A stretch of DNA of 64,000 bases from an uncultured virus (IMG/VR IMGVR_UViG_3300042890_000801) (lineage: Duplodnaviria > Heunggongvirae > Uroviricota > Caudoviricetes). Of this stretch, positions 45,550-54,740 are shown piece after piece (the first letter of the stretch is position 1; every line of letters starts with the position of its first letter). The position numbers and the translations under genes are program-made. The stretch lies in the IMG/VR virus record IMGVR_UViG_3300042890_000801; one strand, written 5' to 3'. Below the pieces are notes generated by a model. The model was not told where the DNA came from. It searched no databases and worked only from the letters and a program-made list of their open reading frames with translations.

Positions 45550-46216
45550 ACGGTCTTGGTCCCTTTAGTTTCATCATGTCATATCCATACGCTTCACAGT
45601 GCCAGCGTTCATGAAAGCCGAAGCTCTTGCCTATCCAGTGTCGATACTTCTCTGGCGGCGTCTGCTCAATCGAAAACTGTGCGGCTATAGCATTCCCGGC
45701 AAAGCGAATATCTGCTTCCTTCTCCAATGCTCTTCTGAACATACGGCAGATCAGTGAGTCCTCTGGTGCAGTGTCCATGAAATACTCAGGTACTTTGATC
45801 TTAGCCAGCGTTTCATGCAGTTTCCTAGACCTTAACGAGAACCCACCATTACCCACCATGCCATCACCCCAGATAGCGCCGATGTAGTCATACTCTAAGA
45901 ACGCATCGGTCCATGCTTCAGCATTCACAGCAAACCCATCGTACTGAATATAGAGGGCATGGTCGGTATCAACAAACTGCGGAATCAGATTAAAGCACAG
46001 TTCGTTCGTAGCGCGTATGAAGTTTTTATGTGAGTCATTCTGTATCGGGGGAATAGGAACCCAGACTACCTGAGTTCCCAAATCCTCATCAATCGCCCTG
46101 TCAGAGAACCAATAGACCTTACTGACCTTCTCGCCCATCACCCATAGCGTTTGCTTTATAGCCTCAATGCTCTTGTCATGGTAGAGCGTGTCGTAACAGA
46201 CGATGCTAATGGTCAT
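45542..46216 (-). CDS. DUF5672-like, GT-A glycosyltransferase-like protein
   Basis: TDHAL.IQYDG, FLEYDYIGA.W, VGNGGFSLRS, PED, A.QFS.E, FGFH. Confidence 0.7.
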   Translation of the reverse strand: MTISIVCYDTLYHDKSIEAIKQTLWVMGEKVSKVYWFSDRAIDEDLGTQVVWVPIPPIQNDSHKNFIRATNELCFNLIPQFVDTDHALYIQYDGFAVNAEAWTDAFLEYDYIGAIWGDGMVGNGGFSLRSRKLHETLAKIKVPEYFMDTAPEDSLICRMFRRALEKEADIRFAGNAIAAQFSIEQTPPEKYRHWIGKSFGFHERWHCEAYGYDMMKLKGPRPYE

Positions 46217-46217
46217 T

Positions 46218-46412
46218 TTAGTAATCGCACTCATCGCACTCATCGAGGACTGCATTCGCTTCTTTCGCCGCTCTTCCAAACATACACAAGGCGTTACCAT
46301 ATAGAAGGGCTTGATTTTCGCCAAACCAAATAGTTGTACGCTCATCCACCTTCAAAACTACATACAAATCGCCATCTGCATCTCTATCCATACCAATACT
46401 AATTTGCTTCAT
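46218..46412 (-). CDS. Hypothetical protein
   Basis: RBS GGAG; lies between PolA and the DUF5672-like gene. Confidence 0.5.
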   Translation of the reverse strand: MKQISIGMDRDADGDLYVVLKVDERTTIWFGENQALLYGNALCMFGRAAKEANAVLDECDECDY

Positions 46413-48261
46413 ATATGTTCTCCAATTTTTTCATCTTAAATGACATATCACTTCCATAACCTCCTTCGGCATCTAACGGCATATTCGGCAACCATGTGGG
46501 TGCTTTGCGTAGCTCGGTGATGATATCCACCCGTGCCTGTTCTGCCTCTTCTGCACGGACAATGAAGTATAGCGCATCGTGAATCGTCAGTCCAACGGGG
46601 TACACCTTATTGACCCGAACCATCGCCTCGCCCATCACACACCGCGCCAATGCCTGAATGATGTTCTGAAAACACTTCGCCGGGTGGATGTGAACCTGCC
46701 CCTTCCTTGTGCTATACACGTATTGTTTCCGGCCTTGCTCATCCTCTGTGATCTTCAAGCCGGGGTAGGTCATAAACAGACCAGAAGGTAGCTTTATTCC
46801 TTTTTCGCCATGCACCTCCAGCACTAACTCACCTAGCCCTATCTTTTCTTTCTCATTATTTATAATGGCATCCAATGCTTTCCCTGCATCGTACCAAGCG
46901 GCTCTGACACTGGAATAATCCCTCCTATAGATATTCACTACATTCTGTGCAAACTCTTCACCAATGTCTTTCCCTGACAGCATCTTACATTGAGCGCGTA
47001 GCTTCTTGGCTCCAGTGCCGTAAATCAAACTCAGCGAAGCGGTCTTGCCTACAAATCTAGCGTCGTCGTCAACCTCCTCATACTGCACATTAAAGGCACC
47101 AGCAGCGAAGTCCTTGTACAGGTCAAGTCCATCACCCAACATCTTCAGCTTATCATTCTGACCAGCAAAGGCTAACCCGACTCTCAATTCCACGTTGCTC
47201 AAGTCAGCACCTACAATGCTGTACCCCATAGGTGCCATGATTGCCTTCTTTAACTTAGAACCTCTTGGTATGTTCTGTAGGTTGATTGAGTCGATGGCAC
47301 TCCATCGCCCAGTAATAGCCCCGTAGTATTTTAACGGTACGGGCAGTGCCCCTCCTGCCTCGTGGATGCTAATGAACCGCTCCGTCCTACTCTCCTCAAT
47401 CGTGCTCTTCACCCCTAACCTAGCTGCCACGATAGCTTGCACTCGCTCGTCTTCATGCTCTAACAATGCCTTGAATGCTTCATCACTCTTAGCAAAGGCA
47501 TAGGCTTCCTTGTTGGTTCTGGCGCTGATCTTTACGGGTGGCGCTACATCGAACGCTCTCAATACTTCTGCCAACTTGGGGTTGGACATCAGGTCGTCTT
47601 TCTGAATACCACACTCGTCCAGCAATGTATCTTTTCTTGCTCTGACTTCTTCTAGGTGCTCATGCAGCAAATGCCCATCTAACATGAACTGCGGCATTGT
47701 GTGCATCTTGATCGTCATGTCGATCAAAGCAATCTCGGTCTTGTTGAAAGATGAAGCTAGTTGTCGAAACAACGCATAGGTCAGGTCCACATCGTTCTTG
47801 CAGTATTCCCCATACCGGGCCAATTCGACTTCACTGAAGTCTACTCTCCTCTTGCCCATTGCATCGACAACTTCAGTGCCCTTAACGCCAAGGCTGTACC
47901 GCTCAGCCAGCGTAGCCAGTGATCCTCCAGCATCTACACCATGCTTAGCACGGGCCATCGACAACGTATCAAGAATAACCTTGGGGAAGATACCAAACCG
48001 CCATGCCAGAATCGTGGCATCGAACAGGGCATTGTGCATCAGAGCAAAAGAGTTATTCCAGTCAAACTGCTTCAACCAACTTCTTGTCTCTGTAGCGGTC
48101 CCACTGAACCATACCGTAGGTTCATCGTTCTTCTTAACAGCTACCCCTATGGTTTCAAACCTTTCATCGTCAATATAGCTTTGCGTTGTTATATCTTTCT
48201 TGGAGAGGCTGTATTCCTTGGAGTAGAAAGTCTCAAAATCCAACGTCAAAATGTCCATCAC
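46399..48261 (-). CDS. polA: DNA polymerase, family A, with 3'-5' exonuclease
   Basis: LDFET, HNALFD, YCKNDV; TGRWS..INLQNIP; motif A ADLSNVELR; motif B KTASLSLIYG; motif C TIHDA. Confidence 0.92.
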   Translation of the reverse strand: MMDILTLDFETFYSKEYSLSKKDITTQSYIDDERFETIGVAVKKNDEPTVWFSGTATETRSWLKQFDWNNSFALMHNALFDATILAWRFGIFPKVILDTLSMARAKHGVDAGGSLATLAERYSLGVKGTEVVDAMGKRRVDFSEVELARYGEYCKNDVDLTYALFRQLASSFNKTEIALIDMTIKMHTMPQFMLDGHLLHEHLEEVRARKDTLLDECGIQKDDLMSNPKLAEVLRAFDVAPPVKISARTNKEAYAFAKSDEAFKALLEHEDERVQAIVAARLGVKSTIEESRTERFISIHEAGGALPVPLKYYGAITGRWSAIDSINLQNIPRGSKLKKAIMAPMGYSIVGADLSNVELRVGLAFAGQNDKLKMLGDGLDLYKDFAAGAFNVQYEEVDDDARFVGKTASLSLIYGTGAKKLRAQCKMLSGKDIGEEFAQNVVNIYRRDYSSVRAAWYDAGKALDAIINNEKEKIGLGELVLEVHGEKGIKLPSGLFMTYPGLKITEDEQGRKQYVYSTRKGQVHIHPAKCFQNIIQALARCVMGEAMVRVNKVYPVGLTIHDALYFIVRAEEAEQARVDIITELRKAPTWLPNMPLDAEGGYGSDMSFKMKKLENIYEAN

Positions 48262-48563
48262 ATCCTCTTTCTTATTTCTTCCATCAGCACAGTTTTTAGA
48301 CTGTCTAAATTTTCCTCATTGACTATCATAGCCACTCCACCAGCGTCCCTTATTCTTTGCAGTTCTCTGTCCTGTAGTGCTGTGGTCTTGCCCTTTCCTG
48401 CCTTTGCTTCGATACCGAAAAAAATGCCATGCAGACATCCGACGATATCGGGTACACCATTCTGTGAATAGGCACCGCCAATAGGGGAGAAACTGTAACA
48501 TCCTAGCTCCTTGAGTATGTCTTTAATCTTTTTCTTGACTAATCCTTCTTTTGTTGTTGCCAT
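48258..48563 (-). CDS. VRR-NUC domain nuclease (resolvase-like)
   Basis: E..VK, GVPDI, IEAKAG..T.LQ, I..AGG. Confidence 0.85.
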   Translation of the reverse strand: MATTKEGLVKKKIKDILKELGCYSFSPIGGAYSQNGVPDIVGCLHGIFFGIEAKAGKGKTTALQDRELQRIRDAGGVAMIVNEENLDSLKTVLMEEIRKRM

Positions 48564-48687
48564 GACTTTACCTCCTCGATAAATTCTTTAAGCACTAATA
48601 TCGTTGTTACAGCCAATAATAAGGATATAAAAATTCCTAGCATCATCACCATTACACAGAAAGCCCCGTCCACCAAAAATTCTAAAT

Positions 48688-48915
48688 TCATTGTAGTGTG
48701 ACCCCTTGATTATCTCTGCACATCATCGCCACGTTCTTTTGTATGCTCATGAGGACTCCATCCAACACCGTCTGCTGCTCATCCTCTGGAAACTCTGAGA
48801 TAGTCAAAGCGGTAAGGTATCCCATTGCATTCAATGCTGTCTCTACAGAGGCATCGACTTTCTGAAACGTAGCATCTATAGCCTCCACTGCTGCGCTAAA
48901 CTCTTCTTCAGTCAT
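48688..48915 (-). CDS. Hypothetical protein
   Basis: RBS GGAG; ATGA overlap. Confidence 0.5.
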   Translation of the reverse strand: MTEEEFSAAVEAIDATFQKVDASVETALNAMGYLTALTISEFPEDEQQTVLDGVLMSIQKNVAMMCRDNQGVTLQ

Positions 48916-50093
48916 TGCTGCTCTCCTAGCTTTTTAAGTTCTTCGCACACTTTCTCTATCACAGGCTCCCAGCGTCGATCCGCCCCCTGCCTGAACACAC
49001 GGACAGACGGATACCACGGAGTCCTTTCCCCCTCAAACATCCACCGCCAATCACACACATAGGGCACCAGCACCCATGTCGGCACTCCCATCGCTCCAGC
49101 TAAGTTTGCTGTCAGTGTGTCCACTGTGATGATGAGGTCTTGCCCCGTTATTGTTTCCGCTAGGTCTTCTACATCCTCAATATCTTCCTTCTCCATATCT
49201 GTGTACTGCATATAGTCAGCATCGCCAGCGCGTATATCTTTCTGTACACAGGTAAAGGCGAAGGGAAGGTTAAGGATAGGATGAAAGAATGGTAACGGTA
49301 TGGAACGGCGCTTGTCGTTTAAGTGGAGTATATTTCCTGACCATGCGAGTCCTATCCTCTGTAGGGGCTTATCCTCTTGCCAATGGCGCGATTTAGCAAC
49401 ATAAGGCGCAGTCGGAATCGTTCCTATACCGTCCTCGAAGATGTACCCCAGACTTCCTAGATTGGTATAGTAGTCTGTGTTGGGGTCTTCCCCTGAAAAA
49501 AATATGAAGTCCCTATCAAACTCTGCAAAAAACAATTCCCACAACGGCTCACTCACATTCAGATACACTCTCTCAGCATCCAACTCAGCTACTCTACGTA
49601 GCCACCGCGCAAAGAAAATCTGATCTCCTAGCCCTTCAGTGCCTTCGATGAGGAGAGTTTTGCCGATCAAAGATTCCTTACCATCCCATGTGTTTTCTGG
49701 TTTGTTCTGAAAGCGGTCTTCAAAGTAGGTGAATCCTACACCGATGTCACCTTGGCCTAAACTTATCTGGCCTGATAGGGCATCGCACTCAGGGTTTTCT
49801 GCCTTACATAATGGTAGCTCTGCTTCATTAAACTTCTTCTGCTCTATACGCGACGTACCTAGCATAGCCCATGCCTCTGTGTAACCCCCATCCAACTTCA
49901 CCGCCTTCTTAAAGCACTCCTCGGCTTCCTCAAACATGTCCTGCCTGAACTTGGCTAGCCCTAGGTTGTACCAAAGCTGGGGACTCTTATCGTCGTGTTT
50001 CAAGCATTCAAGGAACACATCCTCTGCTTGTACGTTATCACCTAGCTGTAGGGCTAGGAGTCCTTCATTGTTCTTCTCTTGTATGTTCATCAT
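48912..50093 (-). CDS. TPR-repeat plus GT9-like glycosyltransferase
   Basis: N-terminal TPRs (WYNLG, AWAMLG); WDG, EGLGD.I.F.R, IGLAWSG, DLIITVDT..A.LAGA.G.PTWVL, WRW, PWYPS..FRQ. Confidence 0.8.
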   Translation of the reverse strand: MMNIQEKNNEGLLALQLGDNVQAEDVFLECLKHDDKSPQLWYNLGLAKFRQDMFEEAEECFKKAVKLDGGYTEAWAMLGTSRIEQKKFNEAELPLCKAENPECDALSGQISLGQGDIGVGFTYFEDRFQNKPENTWDGKESLIGKTLLIEGTEGLGDQIFFARWLRRVAELDAERVYLNVSEPLWELFFAEFDRDFIFFSGEDPNTDYYTNLGSLGYIFEDGIGTIPTAPYVAKSRHWQEDKPLQRIGLAWSGNILHLNDKRRSIPLPFFHPILNLPFAFTCVQKDIRAGDADYMQYTDMEKEDIEDVEDLAETITGQDLIITVDTLTANLAGAMGVPTWVLVPYVCDWRWMFEGERTPWYPSVRVFRQGADRRWEPVIEKVCEELKKLGEQQ

Positions 50094-50355
50094 CTTCTTC
50101 CTCCTCTTCCCATCCACCATCAAAAAACATATCGTCGCTCATGGCCCACTGCATGAAACAGTACACAAGCCACAACACAGCAATGGCTCCTAAACCCAAT
50201 AGCAATACTTCAGTCACTCTCTTTCTCCTTAACTACCAAATACACTCTCTCACTCTCAGGGCAGTAGTAATATCTAACACCCCGCCACTCATCTATTGAG
50301 TGAGGCATACCACATACCTTACAGATAGCCTCGCCTTCACGGGGGATAAAGTCTG

Positions 50356-50646
50356 TCATTCCTTTTCCTCCCATTCAACATACGCAATCACTCCGCCAAC
50401 TGAAAACCCTTCTGCGATCTCTTTGCTCGGATGGATGTTTCCTAACCACCTTTCTTTACCCTGCCCATAAATATTAGCCCACCCCTCACGCTTCACAGTG
50501 CGCGGCTCAACGCGGTACTCCCAGTCTTGATACCATCCGGGGTTCATTTCGCGCAACCATTCCATATTAGCGTCGGCCCTTCCTTGAATTGTTGCGCCCT
50601 CTGCCCATTCGTGGATAAGGTCTGCGTGTTTATGTTGTTTGCTCAT
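50356..50646 (-). CDS. Hypothetical protein
   Basis: HKHADLI.EWA.G..IQ..P.W....EYR motif; AAGGAG RBS before MSKQHKH. Confidence 0.55.
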   Translation of the reverse strand: MSKQHKHADLIHEWAEGATIQGRADANMEWLREMNPGWYQDWEYRVEPRTVKREGWANIYGQGKERWLGNIHPSKEIAEGFSVGGVIAYVEWEEKE

Positions 50647-50735
50647 TGCTGTATCTCCTTTCATCTTTTGATTTACTCCGTTGGCCAATTGCATAAGGTG
50701 TTCACGAAGTTCATCTTTCGTAAGCACTTTATTGC

Positions 50736-50939
50736 TCACGGTAAAGCCTCCCTTCCCATGCAGTCATAAGCATCGTTGCTGATGTATTCGTGTTTTCTTT
50801 CTGCGTCTTCTGCAAACCGTACCTCAATCAATGCTTGTGCGAAGTCTAGGATTTCTTCTTTGCTAAAGAACCAAATAGTTTCACCATGATAAAAACTGTT
50901 ATAGCGGTGGAGTATTTCGATAATCTTTTCTTCAGTCAT
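50736..50939 (-). CDS. Small hypothetical protein
   Basis: Chain of ATGA-overlapping ORFs; N-terminus shared with 51372-51758. Confidence 0.5.
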   Translation of the reverse strand: MTEEKIIEILHRYNSFYHGETIWFFSKEEILDFAQALIEVRFAEDAERKHEYISNDAYDCMGREALP

Positions 50940-51169
50940 TGCTCAATCCTCTCCACGAGAGCATCTACACAGTCAAACCACTTATCATGATCGCCTTGCC
51001 ACGAGACCTCCTCAATGATCTGCTTAATCCGCTCCCGCTCGGCTTTTTGTCCAAGCTGGTACATCTCGCGTGCAAATAACATCGCGCTTGTATAAGTAAC
51101 ATGGTATCTATCATCTGACGGCCATTCAAACCATGTCCCCGCTATTGACTTGATTTCTTCAATAGTCAT
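50936..51169 (-). CDS. Small hypothetical protein
   Basis: ATGA overlaps; AERERI motif. Confidence 0.5.
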   Translation of the reverse strand: MTIEEIKSIAGTWFEWPSDDRYHVTYTSAMLFAREMYQLGQKAERERIKQIIEEVSWQGDHDKWFDCVDALVERIEQ

Positions 51170-51375
51170 TGATCAACCTCCTTTACCCTCTCAACCACCG
51201 CTTTCAGATACACCATTTGGCGATCTGCGCAGCCAACATTTCCGTGTCTTTCCGCCGCTTCAATCACCGCTTCAGCCTTCTCGATTAGCTCGGCTAATTC
51301 CGTCTCCAGCCGGTCAACTCTCTCGTTTAATTCACCGCCGCAGCAGTCTTTGCTGCCGCAGATTGGGCATCTCAT
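51166..51375 (-). CDS. Small protein with CxxC and coiled coil
   Basis: MRCPICGSKDCC; ATGA overlaps. Confidence 0.5.
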   Translation of the reverse strand: MRCPICGSKDCCGGELNERVDRLETELAELIEKAEAVIEAAERHGNVGCADRQMVYLKAVVERVKEVDQ

Positions 51376-51758
51376 TCCGCTTTCCCCCATATTTTCCGTT
51401 CGATGGCGAGGGCAAAAGTATAAGCACTAGCGTCTATGCCATAAGAAAATCGATGGTTCTTAATCACGTCATCTATCTCCTCACCCGTCAGCCGCGCTTT
51501 GGGTTGTGGGCGGCGATAAAGTGGGATGGGGCGCCCAGCTAAAAATGCTGGGCTATCTGAAAACGTACAAGTAACATCCCAGTTCAGTTTGCCATTCTCG
51601 TCAGTCTCAACCCATAAGAATGGCTCATCGCCATCCTCTGCAGGTCGTGCATCAATCAATGCTTGCGCGAAGGCAATTACTGCCTCTGTCGACATTGCAA
51701 ACTCCGGCGAATCGTCGTCAAACTGAGCGGCCAGCTCGATAATCTTTTCTTCAGTCAT
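51372..51758 (-). CDS. Hypothetical protein
   Basis: EP..W...PLY..P...LT.EEI...FA.AIE mosaic phage motif. Confidence 0.55.
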   Translation of the reverse strand: MTEEKIIELAAQFDDDSPEFAMSTEAVIAFAQALIDARPAEDGDEPFLWVETDENGKLNWDVTCTFSDSPAFLAGRPIPLYRRPQPKARLTGEEIDDVIKNHRFSYGIDASAYTFALAIERKIWGKAE

Positions 51759-52183
51759 TGATCTTCCCCTCCATCTATAGCGTTATAAAGAAAGGCAAAA
51801 GCAGACTCCGCTCTTGGCCCCCACTCTGACTCTCTACCGCCTGCCATGTCGATACAATTCTGTATTGCGTCTTTGTATTTCGACTCACTATTCTGCGGTG
51901 GGCAGCGATAAAGCGGCTGAACCCAATCTCTATAAGTCGAAGATGGATTTCCTTCCAGAAATTCTTTCTGGAAACCCTCGTTGCCGCGATACATATAAAA
52001 GTCATGACCGCCTTCGCCATCGAACTCCATCCAGGCCACCGGCTCATCGTCATCCTCTGCAAGACGTGACTTTAGCAGGTCAATGGTTTGCTCAACTTGG
52101 AATAACTCAGCGTCGTTATCCCCTCGGTAATTGAAGAAGCTCAAAGCATCAAGCGATTGTTGGAATAATTCTCTGTCTGTCAT
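51755..52183 (-). CDS. Hypothetical protein
   Basis: MTDREL.Q..LDAL...EPVAW...PLY; GGAG RBS. Confidence 0.55.
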   Translation of the reverse strand: MTDRELFQQSLDALSFFNYRGDNDAELFQVEQTIDLLKSRLAEDDDEPVAWMEFDGEGGHDFYMYRGNEGFQKEFLEGNPSSTYRDWVQPLYRCPPQNSESKYKDAIQNCIDMAGGRESEWGPRAESAFAFLYNAIDGGEDQ

Positions 52184-52449
52184 TGCTTTCTCCGATTTAT
52201 ACAAGGTTTTGTTAACCTATATTAACTTTGCTATAAAGGGTGACTCCCGTGATTTTTGACCGACCTCCCATCCAGTGAATGAAAAGTAAGTGCCGGGAGT
52301 CATTGGACTCTTTACCTGCTTGTATCAATTCTCAGTTTTCTGATACAAATTGATGAAAGGGTGAAGCGGGCGGGGTCGGCACTCCCGTTAACAGCCGTTT
52401 GCCTATGGGCTGGCCAGCCCCGGCTGATCCTGATGCGCTTCATTGTTCT

Positions 52450-52728
52450 TTATCTACGCCTATCTCGGTTCTTCACCGTCGCATATCCGTTTCCGTTTCC
52501 GTATGCGTACCCATATCCGTTTCCGTATCCATCTCCTCTTCCCCATACGTCTCCATATCCCTGTCCATTCCCGTATCCCTGTCCAGTCCCATAGCCATTT
52601 CCATATCCATGTTGATATCCATATCCACATCCATCTCCACATCCATCTCCATATCCGTTTTCGTATCCGTATCCATCTCCACCCCCGTCTCCATCCCCGT
52701 CTCCATTTCCTTCGCCAACGGTGCGCAT
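52450..52728 (-). CDS. Gly/Tyr/Asp/Asn-repeat protein
   Basis: GDGYG/GNGYG repeats; TGATG coupling to the upstream gene at 52726-52730. Confidence 0.55.
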   Translation of the reverse strand: MRTVGEGNGDGDGDGGGDGYGYENGYGDGCGDGCGYGYQHGYGNGYGTGQGYGNGQGYGDVWGRGDGYGNGYGYAYGNGNGYATVKNRDRRR

Positions 52729-53015
52729 CACAGCCCCCACGATTCGTTCACCGGGATGCAAAAAATCTCCGATACTTCGGGTAATTCGACATCATCTATC
52801 GGCCTGATATCTGCTTTTGATGGGTCTGTTATAACGGCTGCAAATCCGCACGACTCCCATTTGAATACCCAAACAGCGCGAGTGAGATAGATTCGGCCAT
52901 CCTTGCGCTCCACATCTCCAGCGAAAATCCATCCCCTATCTACGACTATGACAGCACGATTGCCTTCGTGCTTTACGGGTGCGTATTCAACGCCGTCGAT
53001 TGTTACATTGTCCAT
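52728..53015 (-). CDS. Small beta protein, Sm-like pattern
   Basis: VIVVDRGWIFAG...L..A.....W...G; AGGAG RBS. Confidence 0.6.
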   Translation of the reverse strand: MDNVTIDGVEYAPVKHEGNRAVIVVDRGWIFAGDVERKDGRIYLTRAVWVFKWESCGFAAVITDPSKADIRPIDDVELPEVSEIFCIPVNESWGL

Positions 53016-53070
53016 TTCATTCTCCTATTATTGATGCCAGCTACCGGCTGGCTCGGGGTAACTACAAACC

Positions 53071-53739
53071 TTAACTCATCAGAACATTCCAACTCTCCGG
53101 GAATAGCTCGCCCATTATGCTGCTTATTCTCTCCGCTACATCGCGGGTTTCTTTCTGTGCATGAGGGTCGAGCCTTAGTCTGCATACTCTAGCGAAAAAA
53201 TAAAGGCTCCCCGTCCATATCCATGTGGTTTCCGAGCAGACAGGCAATACAGCACGTGCCTGTTCAGGGCATACCCCCATGAGTAGCAAATCCTCATACA
53301 GCAGCGTAGTCATCTGCGCCCACTTATCTATCTGATCCTGCATAGACGGGTCGATCTTCACTAACTCATCGCTACTCCCTTGCTTTACGTTCTCTGCGGC
53401 TTTGCGCCATTGAGTAGGCATGTCGATCTTGGGTACGTATTTTACATACCTTCTGCTTACCTCGTTCTCTGTGCCCCCTACCTTGTGCTTGAACAACTGA
53501 GAACGAATATAAAGAGGCGCGGTAACGCGAAGCGTTATCTGAGGATGACTGAAAGGTGTCCAGTGGTTGTGCTCTGCTAGGTACTTTATGAGCCTAGCGT
53601 CCTTGTTGTGCAGCACATGCTTCGTTGTGCCATCATTGTCCTTGATCGTATCCCACTCGCTCTTCCTATCGAACGACACTCGTGCGTTATTCACTACAGA
53701 CAGATCGCTTCCCATGTAATCAATCAGTTCTACGTTCAT
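53071..53739 (-). CDS. thyX: Flavin-dependent thymidylate synthase
   Basis: GSDLSVVN.ARVSF, HWTPF.H, NEVSRRYV, PEQARAVLP, R.DPHAQ.E. Confidence 0.95.
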   Translation of the reverse strand: MNVELIDYMGSDLSVVNNARVSFDRKSEWDTIKDNDGTTKHVLHNKDARLIKYLAEHNHWTPFSHPQITLRVTAPLYIRSQLFKHKVGGTENEVSRRYVKYVPKIDMPTQWRKAAENVKQGSSDELVKIDPSMQDQIDKWAQMTTLLYEDLLLMGVCPEQARAVLPVCSETTWIWTGSLYFFARVCRLRLDPHAQKETRDVAERISSIMGELFPESWNVLMS

Positions 53740-53974
53740 CCCGTTCTCCTATTATGTTCGCAGCATCCATAGCGAGGAGCCTGCGTTTCTGTTCTGGTGT
53801 TAGCTTAGGTAGCGGGCACCATGCGTAGATTGTCGTGTCGTTCTTGTCCCACATGCCTGCATAGCCGTTACCATACTTAGTGATGAGCCAAATCTTGGTC
53901 GCTAATGGTGGCTTCTCGTCTTCAATCAAGCGTGGTATCGGACCAAGCTCCGCAAGGTACTTATGCTGCTCCAT
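53720..53974 (-). CDS. Hypothetical protein
   Basis: PP....L....G....G.W.....AWCPLP motif. Confidence 0.5.
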   Translation of the reverse strand: MEQHKYLAELGPIPRLIEDEKPPLATKIWLITKYGNGYAGMWDKNDTTIYAWCPLPKLTPEQKRRLLAMDAANIIGERDERRTD

Positions 53975-54122
53975 CAGGTATTTCCTCTTCGCTCTCTGGG
54001 TTCAACGCCTTCCTGATCTTATCCACGCATGTCATAAAAATCCTATAAGGGTGGGAACACCACGGCTCGTTATATTGAACCCGTGAATTGGATTAAATAC
54101 CGCAGTGCCCCCATAACTCATC

Positions 54123-54431
54123 TTAAACTACGTCTTTCACGAAAATCCCATTAACCATTCTTCCTTCTCTTTTCCTAATCACTTCATAGGCTTCAGACAA
54201 GCAGTCAGTCAGGTCGGTCTTCAACAGGTCAGCAAGGATAATCAATGTCACGAGGACATCGCCCAGTGCGTCGTTTACTTCATCCATGTTACCGACTGCT
54301 ACTGCGTCGGCTAGCTCTCCCACTTCAGACACACATTTCAGGCATTGGGTCTTGGGATCAGACTTAGCGATAATGCCCCTATCCGAAGCCCAGTCTAACA
54401 CTTTTCCTTCTAATACAGCGTAATCATCCAT
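54123..54431 (-). CDS. MazG-like NTP pyrophosphohydrolase
   Basis: WA..RGI, Q..K..SEVGELA, DALGD..V.L, AY..I..R.G..VNG.FVK. Confidence 0.85.
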   Translation of the reverse strand: MDDYAVLEGKVLDWASDRGIIAKSDPKTQCLKCVSEVGELADAVAVGNMDEVNDALGDVLVTLIILADLLKTDLTDCLSEAYEVIRKREGRMVNGIFVKDVV

Positions 54432-54440
54432 AGCATTCTC

Positions 54441-54740
54441 CTAAAATTTGTCGTCGTCAAGGATAGTTGGGAGGATGATGCTCTCTTCTACCGTATCTCT
54501 GCCTAAGCCTTCTTTCTCCATCGGGGACATGTTGATAAAGGTGGAGGGTTCTCCTTGTGGCGTAACCACATACCCACTAGCCGTTTCATTCACTGTTGTA
54601 ATCTCATGCGTCCTCATGTCGATCACATTGAAGCCATGTCCAGTCGGCTGCACATCAACAAGCCCGTCAGGGTGGAGCACAGTAAAAGCAGAAGCCAGTT
54701 GTCCGTAAACAAACAGCGAAGCAAGCATTAAAATTTTCAT
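54441..54740 (-). CDS. Hypothetical protein with signal-peptide-like N-terminus
   Basis: MKILMLASLFVYGQLASA. Confidence 0.5.
   Translation of the reverse strand: MKILMLASLFVYGQLASAFTVLHPDGLVDVQPTGHGFNVIDMRTHEITTVNETASGYVVTPQGEPSTFINMSPMEKEGLGRDTVEESIILPTILDDDKF

Noticed and set aside
52362..52442. Canonical tRNA gene
   Set aside because: No GTTCRA T-loop, D-loop or 7-nt anticodon loop; kept only as a structured RNA candidate.
52399..52890. Several overlapping ORFs in many frames
   Set aside because: The hexamer-type repeat lacks stop codons in most frames; only the Gly-Tyr frame has a coupled start.
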